A DNA stretch of 64,000 bases from Balanoglossus misakiensis (lineage: Eukaryota > Animalia > Hemichordata): contig CM082596.2 of NCBI GenBank assembly GCA_040954595.2, positions 8,631,124 through 8,695,123 of the forward strand. The letters run 5' to 3'. Each line of letters starts with the position of its first letter. Within the stretch, counting starts at the first letter, position 1. Both the position numbers and the translations under genes were made by a program. This document shows, piece after piece, positions 44,556 through 56,831 of the stretch. A model generated the notes under the pieces. The model was given only the letters and a program-made list of their open reading frames with translations, was not told the origin of the DNA and did no database searches.

Positions 44556-47500
44556 GTATGTGTGTAGTTCAAGGTAAACTGGTGGATGATATAAAGCGTG
44601 GAACTCAAGGAATTGTAGAGTCAGCAGGAGAAGAAGGATCAGAACGCATGGGAGTCGGATGTGGCCGAGTTCTTGATGCGGTGCGAGACAATGGAACAGT
44701 ATTGATGCATATGACGAATCCTTCAAATTCGACTTGCAAAATTGTTGCTGGCTCTATCATAGGCATGTTTACTGCAGGTGCAGAAGATGTGCAGACAAAA
44801 CAGATTGCAACAATGACCAAACAGATGGGCAAGGGTGACTTTACCCAGAAGCGCAGAGAAACGGCAAGAGATGAAATGTCGCGTGCTTTTGCGAATGAGT
44901 CTGATGTGGCCCCGAACGAGAAACATCGATTGTATAAGGTGATACATTCGTATGCTGACATATTTTCATTAGATGGGGAAATGGGTCTCACAGACCGCAT
45001 TGAACATTATATACCAACAGGTTCAGCAGCACCTGTTTCACAACAACCACGACGGATACCGTTCCACCGAATGGCAGAAGTGGAGCAGTTCGTGAATGAC
45101 AGTCTACAGGATGGGGTGATCAGACCAAGCAGTAGTCCGTGGTCCAGCCCCCTGGTGCTAGTAAAGAAAGCAGACGGAAATACAAGATTTTGTGTTGACT
45201 TTCGCCGACTTAATGACTTAACAGTTGGGGATTCATTTCCAATCCCGAGAGTGGACGACAGCCTAGCAGCCCTATCAGGAAGTCGTATCTATACAACCAT
45301 CGACCTTTCGCGGGGATTTTGGCAGGTACCAGTGAATGAGGCAGACCGACCGAAAACTGCGTTTACCTGTCACAAAGGCCTCTTTGAATTTAACACTATG
45401 CCATTTGGTCTTAAGGGAGCGCCAGCGACGTTCCAGAGACTAATGACATCACTTCTCAGTGATCTCAACTGGGAATTTGTACTCATCTATTTAGATGATA
45501 TTCTGGTCTATTCTCGCAGCTTTGATGAACACCTCGAACACCTCAAGATTGTGTTCGAGAAACTCCGCGCTGCTGGTTTGAAATTGAACATTAAGAAGTG
45601 TAAATTTGCTCGCAGACAAGTCAAATATTTGGGGTATAGGATCACGGAAGCAGGTGCCCACCCAGATCCAGACAAAGTAAGTTCAATTGTTGACTACCCT
45701 CGGCCAGCAACAGTACCCGAGCTTCGGCGTTTCATAGGTATGGCATCCTATTATCGGAGATTTATTGAGAAGTTTTCAAGCATTGCACATCCTTTGAATG
45801 AACTCACCCAAAAGAATACAACTTTTCAATGGAATGATGCTTGCCAACATGCTTTTGAGACACTCAAGACAAAGCTTGCTACAGCTCCAGTGCTAGCACA
45901 TCCATCTTTTCAAGAGGAATTTACTGTTGAAACAGATGCCAGTGACATTGGTATTGGGGCAGTTCTTGCTCAAAATGGACATGTCATTGAATACGCTTCC
46001 AGATCACTCAATCAAGCTGAGAAAAATTACTCCGCCACTGAGAAGGAATGCCTCGCGATCGTCTGGGCACTGGACAAATTCGGAATGTACTTGCAGGGAC
46101 GGCGTTTCACAGTGATCACAGACCACAAGCCACTTACCTACTTGCTACAACTCAGAGAACCTAGAGGTAAATTAGCACGGTGGCGTATTGCACTAGAGAA
46201 CTTTGATTTCACAATATCACATCGCCCCGGCGCAAAAATGGTCGTGGCAGACGCTCTTTCCCGATCTCCACAAGTAAATGCAGTCACACTTACAGGTTTG
46301 TGGTCTGTTCAGGAACTAGCCAGTCTGCAACAATGTGATCAGGACATTCAGATTATGCGCACATGGGTGACAACACACCGCAAACCCCCTAACATACCGG
46401 GACATGTCAACAGCTTCCTGAAGACAAAGGGAGGCTGTCTACGCATACAGGATGGACTTCTTGTACTCACAAGTGAATTAGACGGTAGAATAGTTCAGCA
46501 AACTGTGATTCCTCGCAAGGAAGCTGAACGCGTCCTGTGTGCACTTCATGATGATCAGGGACACTTTGGGCCGGAGAAGACACGAGCTGCTATCAGGTCA
46601 CGATATTTCTGGTTTAATTGGCAAAAAGATGTTCGATCATGGTGCCGCTCCTGCGAAGTTTGCTTGAAACGAAAAACCCCAACTGTGCCAGACCACCCAC
46701 CGATTGGTGAGTTGCCAGTACCACAGGAGCCACTGAAGTGGTGGCACATGGACTTTGCCGGCCCTTTGCCAAAGACTGCCAGGGGAAATCGTTACATTTT
46801 CTCTCTGACAGATCCTTTGAGCAAATGGGTTGAAGCCTTTGCGGTGCCAGATGAAACCGCCTTGACCACAGCAGGAATTGTGTATGATGAAATAGTGTGT
46901 CGCTTTGGGGTTCCAGAAGGACTACATTCCGATCAAGGTCGAAACTTTGAGGCCCACATCATGCAGGAATTGTCACATCGCCTGGGTATCAAACGCTCGC
47001 GTACTTCGCCGTTTAACCCGTGTTGTAACGGACAGGTTGAACGAATGAATAAAACAATGGCTGAACGTCTAGCAATGTTAATTGATGCAGAAGACCAAAC
47101 CGACTGGGATGAAAAGCTCCCCACAGCCCTGTTTGCTATCCGTTCCATGCAGAATGCCACAACAAAGGAATCTCCCTTCAAAGTTTTATTCGGCTGTGAA
47201 CCTCGCAACAAAGTTGACTTTCTCTCGACTATGCCCCCAACCAGCAGGGGAGGGAGAGGTGTAGAGCAGTTCGCAAAGAGACTCGACAATCTCCAAAGAG
47301 TCCATGAATCGGTCAGAAGCAAGATACTGACAGAGCATGAGATGCGTCAACAAAGACAACAGGCAAAGACTCGGTTTTCTCCGTTCTCAGAGGGAGACAA
47401 GGTTTGGGTCTATTATCCTCGACGACAAAGGGGTGCTTCCAAGAAACTGACGTCAGAACGATGGAGAGGCCCATATCTTATCAGTGGGAGGATTGGCGAG

Positions 47501-47869
47501 ACCACTTACAAATTGCAGCCAGTGGGCGGTCACCGTCATAGAGGGAGCAAGATTGTAAACCACAGACGTCTGAAGAGACATTGGGAAAGGCCAGCACATC
47601 TTTCGGTGTGCTATACTGACAGTCAGTCTGATGAAGAAGTCCAAAACGAGTCCGAGGAAGTTCAAAACTTGAATGCCGAACTCATGAATAACTTGAGCCC
47701 TGTGGATTCGGAGGATGACACCAGTATCCATGACCCTGTCACTGAGGAAAATAATACAGGATTTAATCAGGAAATTGTGCGTCGATCACAGCGGACTCGA
47801 GTTCAGCCACATTGGCATGATGACTATGACATGAGCAATGACTGTGACTCATCAGGAAGCGAGGAATAA
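44519..47869 (+). CDS. pol: Gypsy Pol: RT, RNase H, integrase
   Basis: RFCVDFR, MPFGL, YLDD. RNase H: TDAS, EKECLA, TDH. Integrase: HHCC, D,D(35)E (MDF, SDQG, VER), GPY motif. Confidence 0.96.
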   Translation: MSYSCSKYSQYLSMCVVQGKLVDDIKRGTQGIVESAGEEGSERMGVGCGRVLDAVRDNGTVLMHMTNPSNSTCKIVAGSIIGMFTAGAEDVQTKQIATMTKQMGKGDFTQKRRETARDEMSRAFANESDVAPNEKHRLYKVIHSYADIFSLDGEMGLTDRIEHYIPTGSAAPVSQQPRRIPFHRMAEVEQFVNDSLQDGVIRPSSSPWSSPLVLVKKADGNTRFCVDFRRLNDLTVGDSFPIPRVDDSLAALSGSRIYTTIDLSRGFWQVPVNEADRPKTAFTCHKGLFEFNTMPFGLKGAPATFQRLMTSLLSDLNWEFVLIYLDDILVYSRSFDEHLEHLKIVFEKLRAAGLKLNIKKCKFARRQVKYLGYRITEAGAHPDPDKVSSIVDYPRPATVPELRRFIGMASYYRRFIEKFSSIAHPLNELTQKNTTFQWNDACQHAFETLKTKLATAPVLAHPSFQEEFTVETDASDIGIGAVLAQNGHVIEYASRSLNQAEKNYSATEKECLAIVWALDKFGMYLQGRRFTVITDHKPLTYLLQLREPRGKLARWRIALENFDFTISHRPGAKMVVADALSRSPQVNAVTLTGLWSVQELASLQQCDQDIQIMRTWVTTHRKPPNIPGHVNSFLKTKGGCLRIQDGLLVLTSELDGRIVQQTVIPRKEAERVLCALHDDQGHFGPEKTRAAIRSRYFWFNWQKDVRSWCRSCEVCLKRKTPTVPDHPPIGELPVPQEPLKWWHMDFAGPLPKTARGNRYIFSLTDPLSKWVEAFAVPDETALTTAGIVYDEIVCRFGVPEGLHSDQGRNFEAHIMQELSHRLGIKRSRTSPFNPCCNGQVERMNKTMAERLAMLIDAEDQTDWDEKLPTALFAIRSMQNATTKESPFKVLFGCEPRNKVDFLSTMPPTSRGGRGVEQFAKRLDNLQRVHESVRSKILTEHEMRQQRQQAKTRFSPFSEGDKVWVYYPRRQRGASKKLTSERWRGPYLISGRIGETTYKLQPVGGHRHRGSKIVNHRRLKRHWERPAHLSVCYTDSQSDEEVQNESEEVQNLNAELMNNLSPVDSEDDTSIHDPVTEENNTGFNQEIVRRSQRTRVQPHWHDDYDMSNDCDSSGSEE

Positions 47870-49530
47870 CGGACTGCCACTCAAAATGTTGAGCTGTATT
47901 GTATTTAATGTATTTTGGCATTGATTGGTGTTAACGTTCTTTATAGTGCATGAAGTTGCATATTTTATTGTTCTTCGTTTTGAAGGTTCTTACAAACTTC
48001 GGGATTTGCTGTTTCTGCAGGTTGTGGCAATGACATTTTGTTGGGTGACATTTGGGGTTCTGGAGGGGAGGAGTGATAGAGTGTGGGACTGGGGGCCTCG
48101 ACATGTGTTTGACTCTCGCTTGGGATTCTCCCTGTATTGAGGGTTGAGGGCGCCAGACAGGGGTCGGGGGTCAACGGCAGATCTGGGGTTCCACGAGGCA
48201 AGGGTTTCTTGTGTATGTACGTGAGGCAGCGAGATAAACAATACAACCTCTTGTTCGTGAGACGTCGTCCCCGTGTGCTTATATTAATCAACATTAACAC
48301 GAGTATGAAAATTACTTTGCTAAAACACCAATAAATTTGATTTGTGTGTGAGTCTATCTAAAACACACTGGGTATGGTGACCAGGCTACACCTTGGCACA
48401 TACACCGAGAACAGCCAAGACAGAGAAAAGAACAGCAAAAAAGATCACCAAAGCTAAAAACAGCGCCTAAACTCTATGTCTGATTTTAATCTGATTGCCG
48501 TGGACCCTGAGTGAACGCCAGCAGTGCCATGATACGCTGACAATAGCATGAATTCAATCACACATTTTGTTGTACAGTTAGAGAAGGATGGGTAACATTG
48601 TCAATATAATCTTACAGACCAGCAATCCTGAGGCTGTTGTATATGGATCAAACTACTTTTTCAAAAACAAAATTATAATAACTTACACATACAAAATGAA
48701 ATCCCAACACAATAAAGTGTGGCAACACAATTTATTAAAATTGAATAAACAGAAACAAGTCTTTCCAATTTTCAAGCGGGGGAATAAATAATCTTACACT
48801 AGCTGCATGCCAAGTTGGCGGTGACAAAAATGCGATTTCAACATGAAAACAAACTGAGAATCTTCAAACGGATAATACAGGTATTCTCAGTAATATAGTA
48901 TTGATAGAGTTCATATATATACCACAATATTTACACTGATCTGATGACAGTAAATATAAATAGCAGCTGCTGTACAAAAGTGGTCTTTTTCTTTGATATT
49001 TCAAAATGACTGATATGAAGTGCGCCCGCATATGATGGCTACGCATGACTGATAACATGCATTGGAAAATACTTCAGAAACTACATTTTCACTGATAAGT
49101 CACATTCTGCAGAAAGATAACAAAATCAATGCTAGCTTCTAGCAAATACAAACTGTACCATAAATTAATCTGTCCAATAGAAAAAAAATTGACGTTTTCA
49201 CAGCCACTAGATTTGCATGTCAAAAAGTTACAGGCTCTGAGCCTCTCCCTCACAACAACTGGTCAATCCCTTCTCTTACAACCCCCACCCTGTATTCTCA
49301 ACAATTCAACAATCCCCTGACGCCCACTCTAACCCTGGTCAGATAAACTTCACACCTCTCATGGCACTAATATATTGTGCGTATCACTTTCTTGGTCAAA
49401 AGGAAAATATGAAACCCTACCCTCCCATCCCATCCAAACCAAACCCCGCGCAAGCAATCCATAAATATGTGTCTCTATGTATTTGTTTCAAATGTGCTCT
49501 TAACACTGGTTTGCACAAAAATGCAAAAGC

Positions 49531-50985
49531 AAACAAGACGATAGTCACAGAGAAAAATAGCGTCAAGGACACTGTGGTCCCATTTGAGGATTATGCAAAA
49601 ACAGTGACACACCAGAATAAAAATTACAGGTGACATTGCAAGCAGATATGATCTTACCATATAGAAATATGGAATGTGAAAAAATTAACAAGGAACATGC
49701 CCAATAAACTGTCATGTGTCATGGCAGTCTTACAAGTGGTGCTAGAAAAAAAAATGACCAAAAAGTGTCTGTACAAACACATATGAGAAGAAACTTCTTT
49801 CAGTCAGCCCTGGAACAGACACAGACAGACAGACAGACACACACACATTGACCTGCCACTGGTAATTATAAATTTAATAGCTGGTGGTCTCTGTAACAGC
49901 TGGCCTATTAAAGTTATTTAAAACATATCTTAGTTCGGGGTAACATCTCCTTGTAAACAGTAACTTTAAAAACAACTGGACAATTGGTTTAGGAGAAGAT
50001 TTGCTAACCAAAAACAAAGAAACTTACAAAAAACTGGCTAAATATTGAATATTTCTGATATCAGAATTGAATAAAAGTTGCACATATACATGTTTGTGTT
50101 ATGAAATTATACCCTAAATTTCAAAGCAATCAGAGAAAAAAAAAATTTCAAAGCAATCCAACAAGCAGTTTTACAGATAATCTTTGTTCAAAAGTGGCAA
50201 AAACACAAATATGCAAATATCACCAAAATTGTACAATATCTTACATTAATCACTACAAGGAACATGCCTGGCAAAGTTCAATGCAATATGACAAGCGGTT
50301 TCAGAGAAAACAGCTTTTGACAAAAATGGCAAAAGTTTCCCCGATAACACCTTGATGCAAATATCACATTTTTTAAAAACATATTACTTAAGTTATCCCT
50401 ACGAACATGCCTACCAAATTGCAAAGCAATCTGGCATGCGGTTTTAAAGAAAAAAAAATTTGACCAAAAATGGCAAATATTGCTCAAAATTATATGCAAA
50501 TTTTGCAACAATTTGAACAAAACTATGGTTACTCAGACAACCATTAGGAAGCTTCATACTAAATTTTAAAGAAGTAAGCCCATCACTTTCAGAAATGAAG
50601 ACTTTTTACCAATACCATGGAAAAATACAAAAAAATGCATAAAAAATAGGAAATCGATAATATTAGCTCAAAACATACAGGACTGTATGAGGTTGACATG
50701 CATACCAATTTTCAAATCAATATGACCAGTGGTTGTCGAGTTTTTGAGTTTTGACCAATTTCACATTTTCCCAGCTAATTTGCATATTTTTGGCACTGAC
50801 AACTTCATTTGAACAAACTCCCATCTACAGCCCTGCCTGCATCTACACACCAAATATCGAGGTCATACGCGCTGCGGTTTTCAGGTTTTTGATGTGGACT
50901 GACATACAGACATACATCCATCCATCCATACAGACAGACACAACCCATCCGATAAGGTCCCATGGTACATACCAATGGGACCTAA
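49531..50985 (+). mobile_element. HINE/DINE-1-like element at the end of duplication copy A
   Basis: AACAAG start, (CAGA)n and (CATA)n microsatellites, terminal hairpin AGGTCCCATGGTAC..CCAATGGGACCT. Confidence 0.75.
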
Positions 50986-51252
50986 AAATCAATAGCTGTT
51001 ACCTCGATTTTGTAATCATTAATATAAGTATCAATTGAATACCTCTACATACACACATATCTGACAAATCCACAATTTGGTCCAATTTCTCTCTTTAAAA
51101 AAAGTATTTTATTCGAGAATTCAGACAGAAAATAAAATATTTCCATATCTTATGACATGCATTGATCAACACATCTTGAAACATGAATATCCCTCCACGG
51201 CCATCAAAAATATATTTCAAATTCTCTCCATAAATATGCATTATAGGCTTAA

Positions 51253-51985
51253 GGTGGCATTGCATGAAAAGTTGTGATTTTTGCCAAATTTTACTTTTTT
51301 ACATAAATCGGTAGGCCTAATACTGACCCACAACCTGACTAATACGTCTTGGCGGAAATGGTGCATAATCACCCCAAAATAGCACTTTTCTGAATGAGTT
51401 CACAGCTTAACAAATAGGTGTCAACAATGCAAATGGCCGTTTTTCTCAGTTTGCATTTTCGCTGCTCTTGACAACTTCGGACTAAAATAGCTTCGCCCTG
51501 CGTTGGCTGAATTTGCTCAAATTTTAACTGGGGATTGTGTATGACCCATCCAACAAAACGCTAGTTTTGTTTGTCGATAAAGTGTCCCTGGCGGGAATAA
51601 ACTCTGATTCAATACAACTCACCGTGAATTTGATCAAATTTTCTGAAAATCTAACTTTTAAACGCTGTTACTCCTCAATGGAAGCAGATAACGCAAAACA
51701 AAGTTAGCGTTTTTTTGCACGTGTACTCTAGTTTTGAACGACATATTAAGATGCATGATGCATGGTCAACTTTTTTACCTATTTTAAATTTCATGACATA
51801 ATATCAAAAAATGGGTTTTTTCACCCCAAATCGCCACCATTTCCGGGGATCAATAATATTTGCAACTCAAACAAAAGTTCAAAATCTCAGCTTCCAGAAT
51901 ATATATGGTTTATGGGGGTTTTAACTTTTTCTTTGATGAGAAATAGGCCTCTGAAAAAGTCTCGACGGTTTCATGCAGTGCCACC
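51253..51985. mobile_element. Kolobok-type non-autonomous element, TTAA TSD
   Basis: TTAA|GGTGGCATTGCATGAAA...TTTCATGCAGTGCCACC|TTAA. Empty sites at ~36944 and ~61888. Confidence 0.9.
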
Positions 51986-52140
51986 TTAATGAAATATATA
52001 ATAACTAACACATTCCCAGTCACACAAGATTCCTGGGCATTCCGTGAATTACTACAGAGGTTGTCCAGGAATATTAGCAGCGTACAATATCCTTTTTCAA
52101 AGATAGAGAAATTAATGAATTCTGTACAGCAACATACGTA

Positions 52141-54611
52141 CCATTAAAGTCATTTTATAAGTCGCGGCTGTATTATAAGTCGCACCCATTCTTTGAAAGA
52201 CTTGTTTGGGAGGAGATTTTCAGAAAATGGAAACAACATAACATCCATATTATAAGTCGCACCCCCTTTTCAGCACACACTGTCACTCATGAAGCCGACA
52301 CAGAGGAGAGCAGTTCATTAAAGTTAACACTTTTTGTTTCTTTGTTTCAATTTCCCTTGTTGAAAGAAACTGCTCTTTGTGTCTCCGATCATTTGACACC
52401 TAGGTGTATGTGTGGTAACCTAGGCCACAAACTTGGCAAGGCACTGTCAGTGCTATAATTTATGCACGCAGAAGCCATTAGAGATAAGCAAGTAGGGCTT
52501 TCGGGTTATTTTCCTTGATGATAACACAAGAATTCGCTACCTTGTCTGTACTTACGTATCAGGGGAGGGGGAGAGAAACCACATGCCACTTTTTAACCAT
52601 TTCAAATTTTGGTGGCGCCTAAACAAAGGCAGAAATTTGCCTTTTCAAGAACTGGTGGCGCTTATTCATGGGTCGCCCTGTATACTGTACCCTGTTGATT
52701 CATATGCAAATGATTTGGGACGTTCCAATCAGTGTTCTCATAAGGGGGTGTCCGCAGTGAATGAATGGCTGTTTCAAATTCATATGTAAAGTTTTAACAT
52801 TTTCTATTCAAATACAGTCAGTTCAATGTATTGTCTAATAAATATTCCAGAAATAAAAAGTTGTCAACGAAGTGAATACTACGAGCAGCATTACAGTATG
52901 CTGGCTGAACCATCAACAAAATCTACTGAAGTATAGTGGTTTAGTCCAAGTGCGTCTTTGTCATGCTCGCTCTCACACAGGCAAGGTTGTGTGAATACTC
53001 AGGTTGCGTGAATATTCATGAGAAAATTAATACCGCAAACATTCACAACTTGAAACTAGTCCTATTATTTCAAAGCCCTGGCCATATGGTCAAACTTGGG
53101 TGGTAGTGCCGGTAACGTAAGCGGCTGCCGCTCCATCGACAGGAAAAAGACGAGTGTCTAGACGCCCGGCACCTGTGTCTTTTGCAGTGAATAATAATTT
53201 ACATAAATTAGGAGGTTGACATGTGCCCGATTTCATCTGATCAGCCCAAAGCATGCATTGTCTGCTCAGGTCAATTATTATTCACGCAGCAAGCCCCCAT
53301 TGATTTTGACAAGACCCCTAAACAGGTGTTACCTCGGTAGTACTTGCCATGATTCACGTACGTCCACACACCTCAAAAAAAAAAAAATTCCTGGCGCTTA
53401 ATTTTAAGTAAAAAGTAGCAGAGTCAGGTATCACTGGCGCCTAATCATGGGTGGCGCTTAATTGCGAGAATATACGGTATTTACCGTTTAAAAAAATTTT
53501 GGTGCACAATTTTTGTATTTGGTGATGCAATTGGACAAAGTGAGCTGAGATTTTCTCAGTAATTTGACCCCGCCCACTTTTGAACAATTGATAACTACCA
53601 GGGTTCTCCACGCTTTGAAAATTAAGAGGGGCGGATAATTTACATAAAATTAGCAAACATTAGCATGTCATTTGCATAAAATTAACATAATGTTTCTTTG
53701 TATTTGTGGAATGCACCAGAGTGACCATACGCCAGTGCTTTAAAATTCTAAGGTACACGACCCCCCAGCTCAGGACTTTTTGCAAGTAACAACGAAATCT
53801 CGATGTCCCAAAATATTTTGCTCTAACTTCACAGAATTTCAAACAAAAGTCAAAGGAGTGACATTTTAAGATACAAAGGTATAAATATAAGTATGTAGAC
53901 ACACTGTCGAAAACACGGTCGCGCGCGTTCGACTGACCGCGACCGTGCGCGTACATCGCGTCCACAGCTCAATGCAGTTGGCTGGGTCCCCGATCGCGCG
54001 CGCGACCACCCGCTCTCGACATCGGCTCCAAAGTCGTTGTCACGGTCGGGATTACTAATGGCCTTGATCGGTATAAAATTGTAGTCAATGAAACCCCCAA
54101 ATATCGTAATCATTGTTGAAGTCGCTGTCATGAAAATGTTCAGTGAAAAATTTGCTGTCTTCCGGGTTTACAAAGTGAAGGAAGGACGCATACTGTCAAA
54201 GGTCACGTAATTAGGTCATGTCGATAACACGATCGTTTTTCTCTTGAACGTTCGACTGACATCATTTCCCGCGATCGGGCCGGTACTTTGAAATTGATCC
54301 GAATGTGTGAAACGGTTTCCATTTGCCATGCTCAGTGTCACTATGGTGCATGACAAAGTGTGAACGACCATTTTGAGCGAGCTTTGTTTTCTACCAGGTA
54401 AAACAAAGGGGCGGTGTTGTCAAATGCAGGGGCGGCACATACGACAGAGGGGCGGCCGCAAAAAACAGAGGGGCGGGCCGCCCCTCAAAAAACCCCCGTG
54501 GAGAACCCTGACTACGTATTATAAGTCGCACCCCTTCCTCAGAAAAATACAATTTGTTCAAATTTTGCAACATTGTAACAAAAGCCGCGACTTATAAAAT
54601 GACTTTAACTG
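52141..54611. mobile_element. pogo/Tc1-type non-autonomous element with nested insertions, TA TSD
   Basis: TIR (C..)TTAAAGTCATTTTATAAGTCGCGGCT and its complement. Empty site ACGTA|GTTG at 62040 in copy C. Confidence 0.85.
53599..54510. mobile_element. Nested element with CAGGG..CCCTG termini and 5-bp TSD (hAT5-like)
   Basis: CAGGGTTCTCCACG / CGTGGAGAACCCTG flanked by ACTAC on both sides. Confidence 0.75.
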
Positions 54612-54882
54612 TAGTTGATTTTTTAATCATGGTCTTCATATACAGCTGTGAATTTGATTCATCAAGTCTTTCACAGAGTTGCTTCAATTTCAAGCAGACT
54701 TTACGAGAATAACGAATCTTGGTAAACCCTCTTTCGACTCTGAGGTCGAACTTGACCAATCCAAAACAATGGATTTGGATCAAACCACTGTGGTGAAAGG
54801 GTTAAACTACTACTAATTGAAAAGACCAGTTACACATGATTCATAGGTGAAATTTGGCAGCTGTGATTGAAAAGAAATGTCA

Positions 54883-55796
54883 TCATGGTCTTTCATTTGA
54901 ATGGATCCTCATGTGGCTCTTCTGATGGCCACTCCGTCTAAATGTTTTCCCACATTCTTTACATGCAAATGGTCTTTCATTTGAATGGATCCTCATGTGT
55001 TTCTTTAGACTGTATCTCCATGTAAATGTTTTTCCACATTCATTGCATGCAAATGGTCTTTCATTTGAATGGATCCTCATGTGGCTCTTCTTAGTGCCAC
55101 TCCGTGTAAATGTTTTCCCACATTCTTTACATGCAAATGGTCTTTCATTTGAATGGGTCTTCATGTGTTTCTTTAGACTCCCTCTCCGTCTAAATGTTTC
55201 CCCACATTCATTGCATTCAAATGGTCTTTCATTTAAATGGATCCTCATGTGGCTCTTCTGATGGCCACTCCGTCTAAATGTTTTCCCACATTCTTTACAT
55301 GCAAATGGTCTTTCATTTGAATGGATCCTCATGTGTTCCTTTAGACTGTCTCTCCGTGTAAATGTTTTTCCACATTCATTGCATGCAAATAGTCTTTCAT
55401 TTGAATGGATCCTCATGTGTTTCTTCTTATCGCCACTCCATCTAAATGTTTTTCCACATTCTTTACATGCAAATGGTCTTTCATTTGAATGGATCCTCAT
55501 GTGTTTCTTCTGATCGCCACTCCATTTAAATGTTTTCCCACATTCTTTACATGCAAATGGTCTTTCATTTGAATGGATCCTCATGTGTTCCTTTAGACTG
55601 TCTCTCCGTCTAAATGTTTTCCCACACTCTTCAAGTACTAACCATCTTCGGCCCTGTCCACTTTTGCAATCGTGATGCAACATGTCTGATCCACCAAGTT
55701 CTTGACCATGTTCAACATGTTGACTGCTGACATCATCCAGTAGGCTCACTTGAATATGGCCAGAGTGTGCCAGAGTGTGGATTATCAGTGATACAT
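54883..55796 (-). CDS. C2H2 zinc-finger array exon, copy B (8 complete + 1 partial finger)
   Basis: Same 84-bp repeat, same acceptor (55797) and same stop context as copy A. Confidence 0.88.
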
Positions 55797-56220
55797 CTGT
55801 TGGATGATAACAAAACAGCTACTTAAATACAGGCTTCAAGCACACTTAATAAGTAACATTACTACTGATTACCAATCACATCGTCTCAGGGTGTCAGGAG
55901 ACAGATTCCCTCTTCTGAACCCCCCCCCCCCCCCCCACACACACACCCTTTAACGTTGCCGGCTAATGGCTGATGCCCATCTTGAGATAGGTTATACTGC
56001 AGATAACTTAAGCAATCATGTATGAGCAGACTGATTATTTGTTGATGTACTGAACTATTGGCAAAGAATGATCACAACAATGGTGTGATTGACTTCAAGG
56101 GAATACCCCCTTTCAATTTGTATACATCACCTTTCTCCAAAGGGAAAGCTTTGTTTTGTTTCAAGAGACAAGAAACAGCAGGACTAGTAATATGTAACAA
56201 AAGAGATTATGCTTGCTTAC

Positions 56221-56343
56221 CATCAAAGGATTCAGCACCCTCTCCAAATCGATGTGTTACTTTACTATGTGATGATTCCAACAGTCTGCCAAGTTCATGT
56301 AACTTATTTGAATGTCTGTACTGTGTGCACACTTCAGAACATT
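56221..56343 (-). CDS. Putative upstream exon of ZF gene copy B
   Basis: Paralogous 123-bp AG/GT-bounded open exon. Confidence 0.5.
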
Positions 56344-56709
56344 CTGGAAAAGTAAGGCATGAGTATTAAGTTACATAAGGTGATGTCAACAGTCTATATT
56401 TTCTTTGTGCATGACCATTCCCAATAAACAACTATGAATAATGCAAACATTACATCCAAATCCCCTGACTTGCTGCACCAGGGTTTACGTTAAAATTTAG
56501 AGTATACCGCGGGTAGTTACCATATACATGTAGTTTATACATTGTTGTTGTGGTGGTTGATTTCTTTAAAAATTACACAATTTACAAAACCCCTGCAAGT
56601 ATGTGGACAGCAAACTAGATTGCGTCACCAGTCACAGTGGATTAGAGGGTGAGCAGTGAAAAAAAAAAACATGAACCATGATGGTTTGAGGTGGCGTCTG
56701 GAGGGAAAC

Positions 56710-56831
56710 TAGACTCTCTCACAGCCCCTCTCGTCGTCCATGCAGGCTTATGGACTGATTGCATGTGTGCCAACACCAACACCGCGTCAGTGAAGAGCCT
56801 TGCAGCGAACCGTGGGCTGTGAGAGAGTCTA
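56710..56831. mobile_element. 122-bp MITE, paralog of 40420-40541
   Basis: Same TIRs and GAGGGAAAC TSD. Confidence 0.85.

Larger units (their letters stand above)
42795..48299 (+). mobile_element. Full-length Ty3/Gypsy LTR retrotransposon
   Basis: LTRs 42795-43025 and 48074-48299 (TG..CA), TSD CGAG, PBS TGGTGGCAGCGGTGGGA (tRNA-Leu-like) at 43027, PPT at 48062-48073. Empty site at ~58511 in copy B. Confidence 0.97.
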
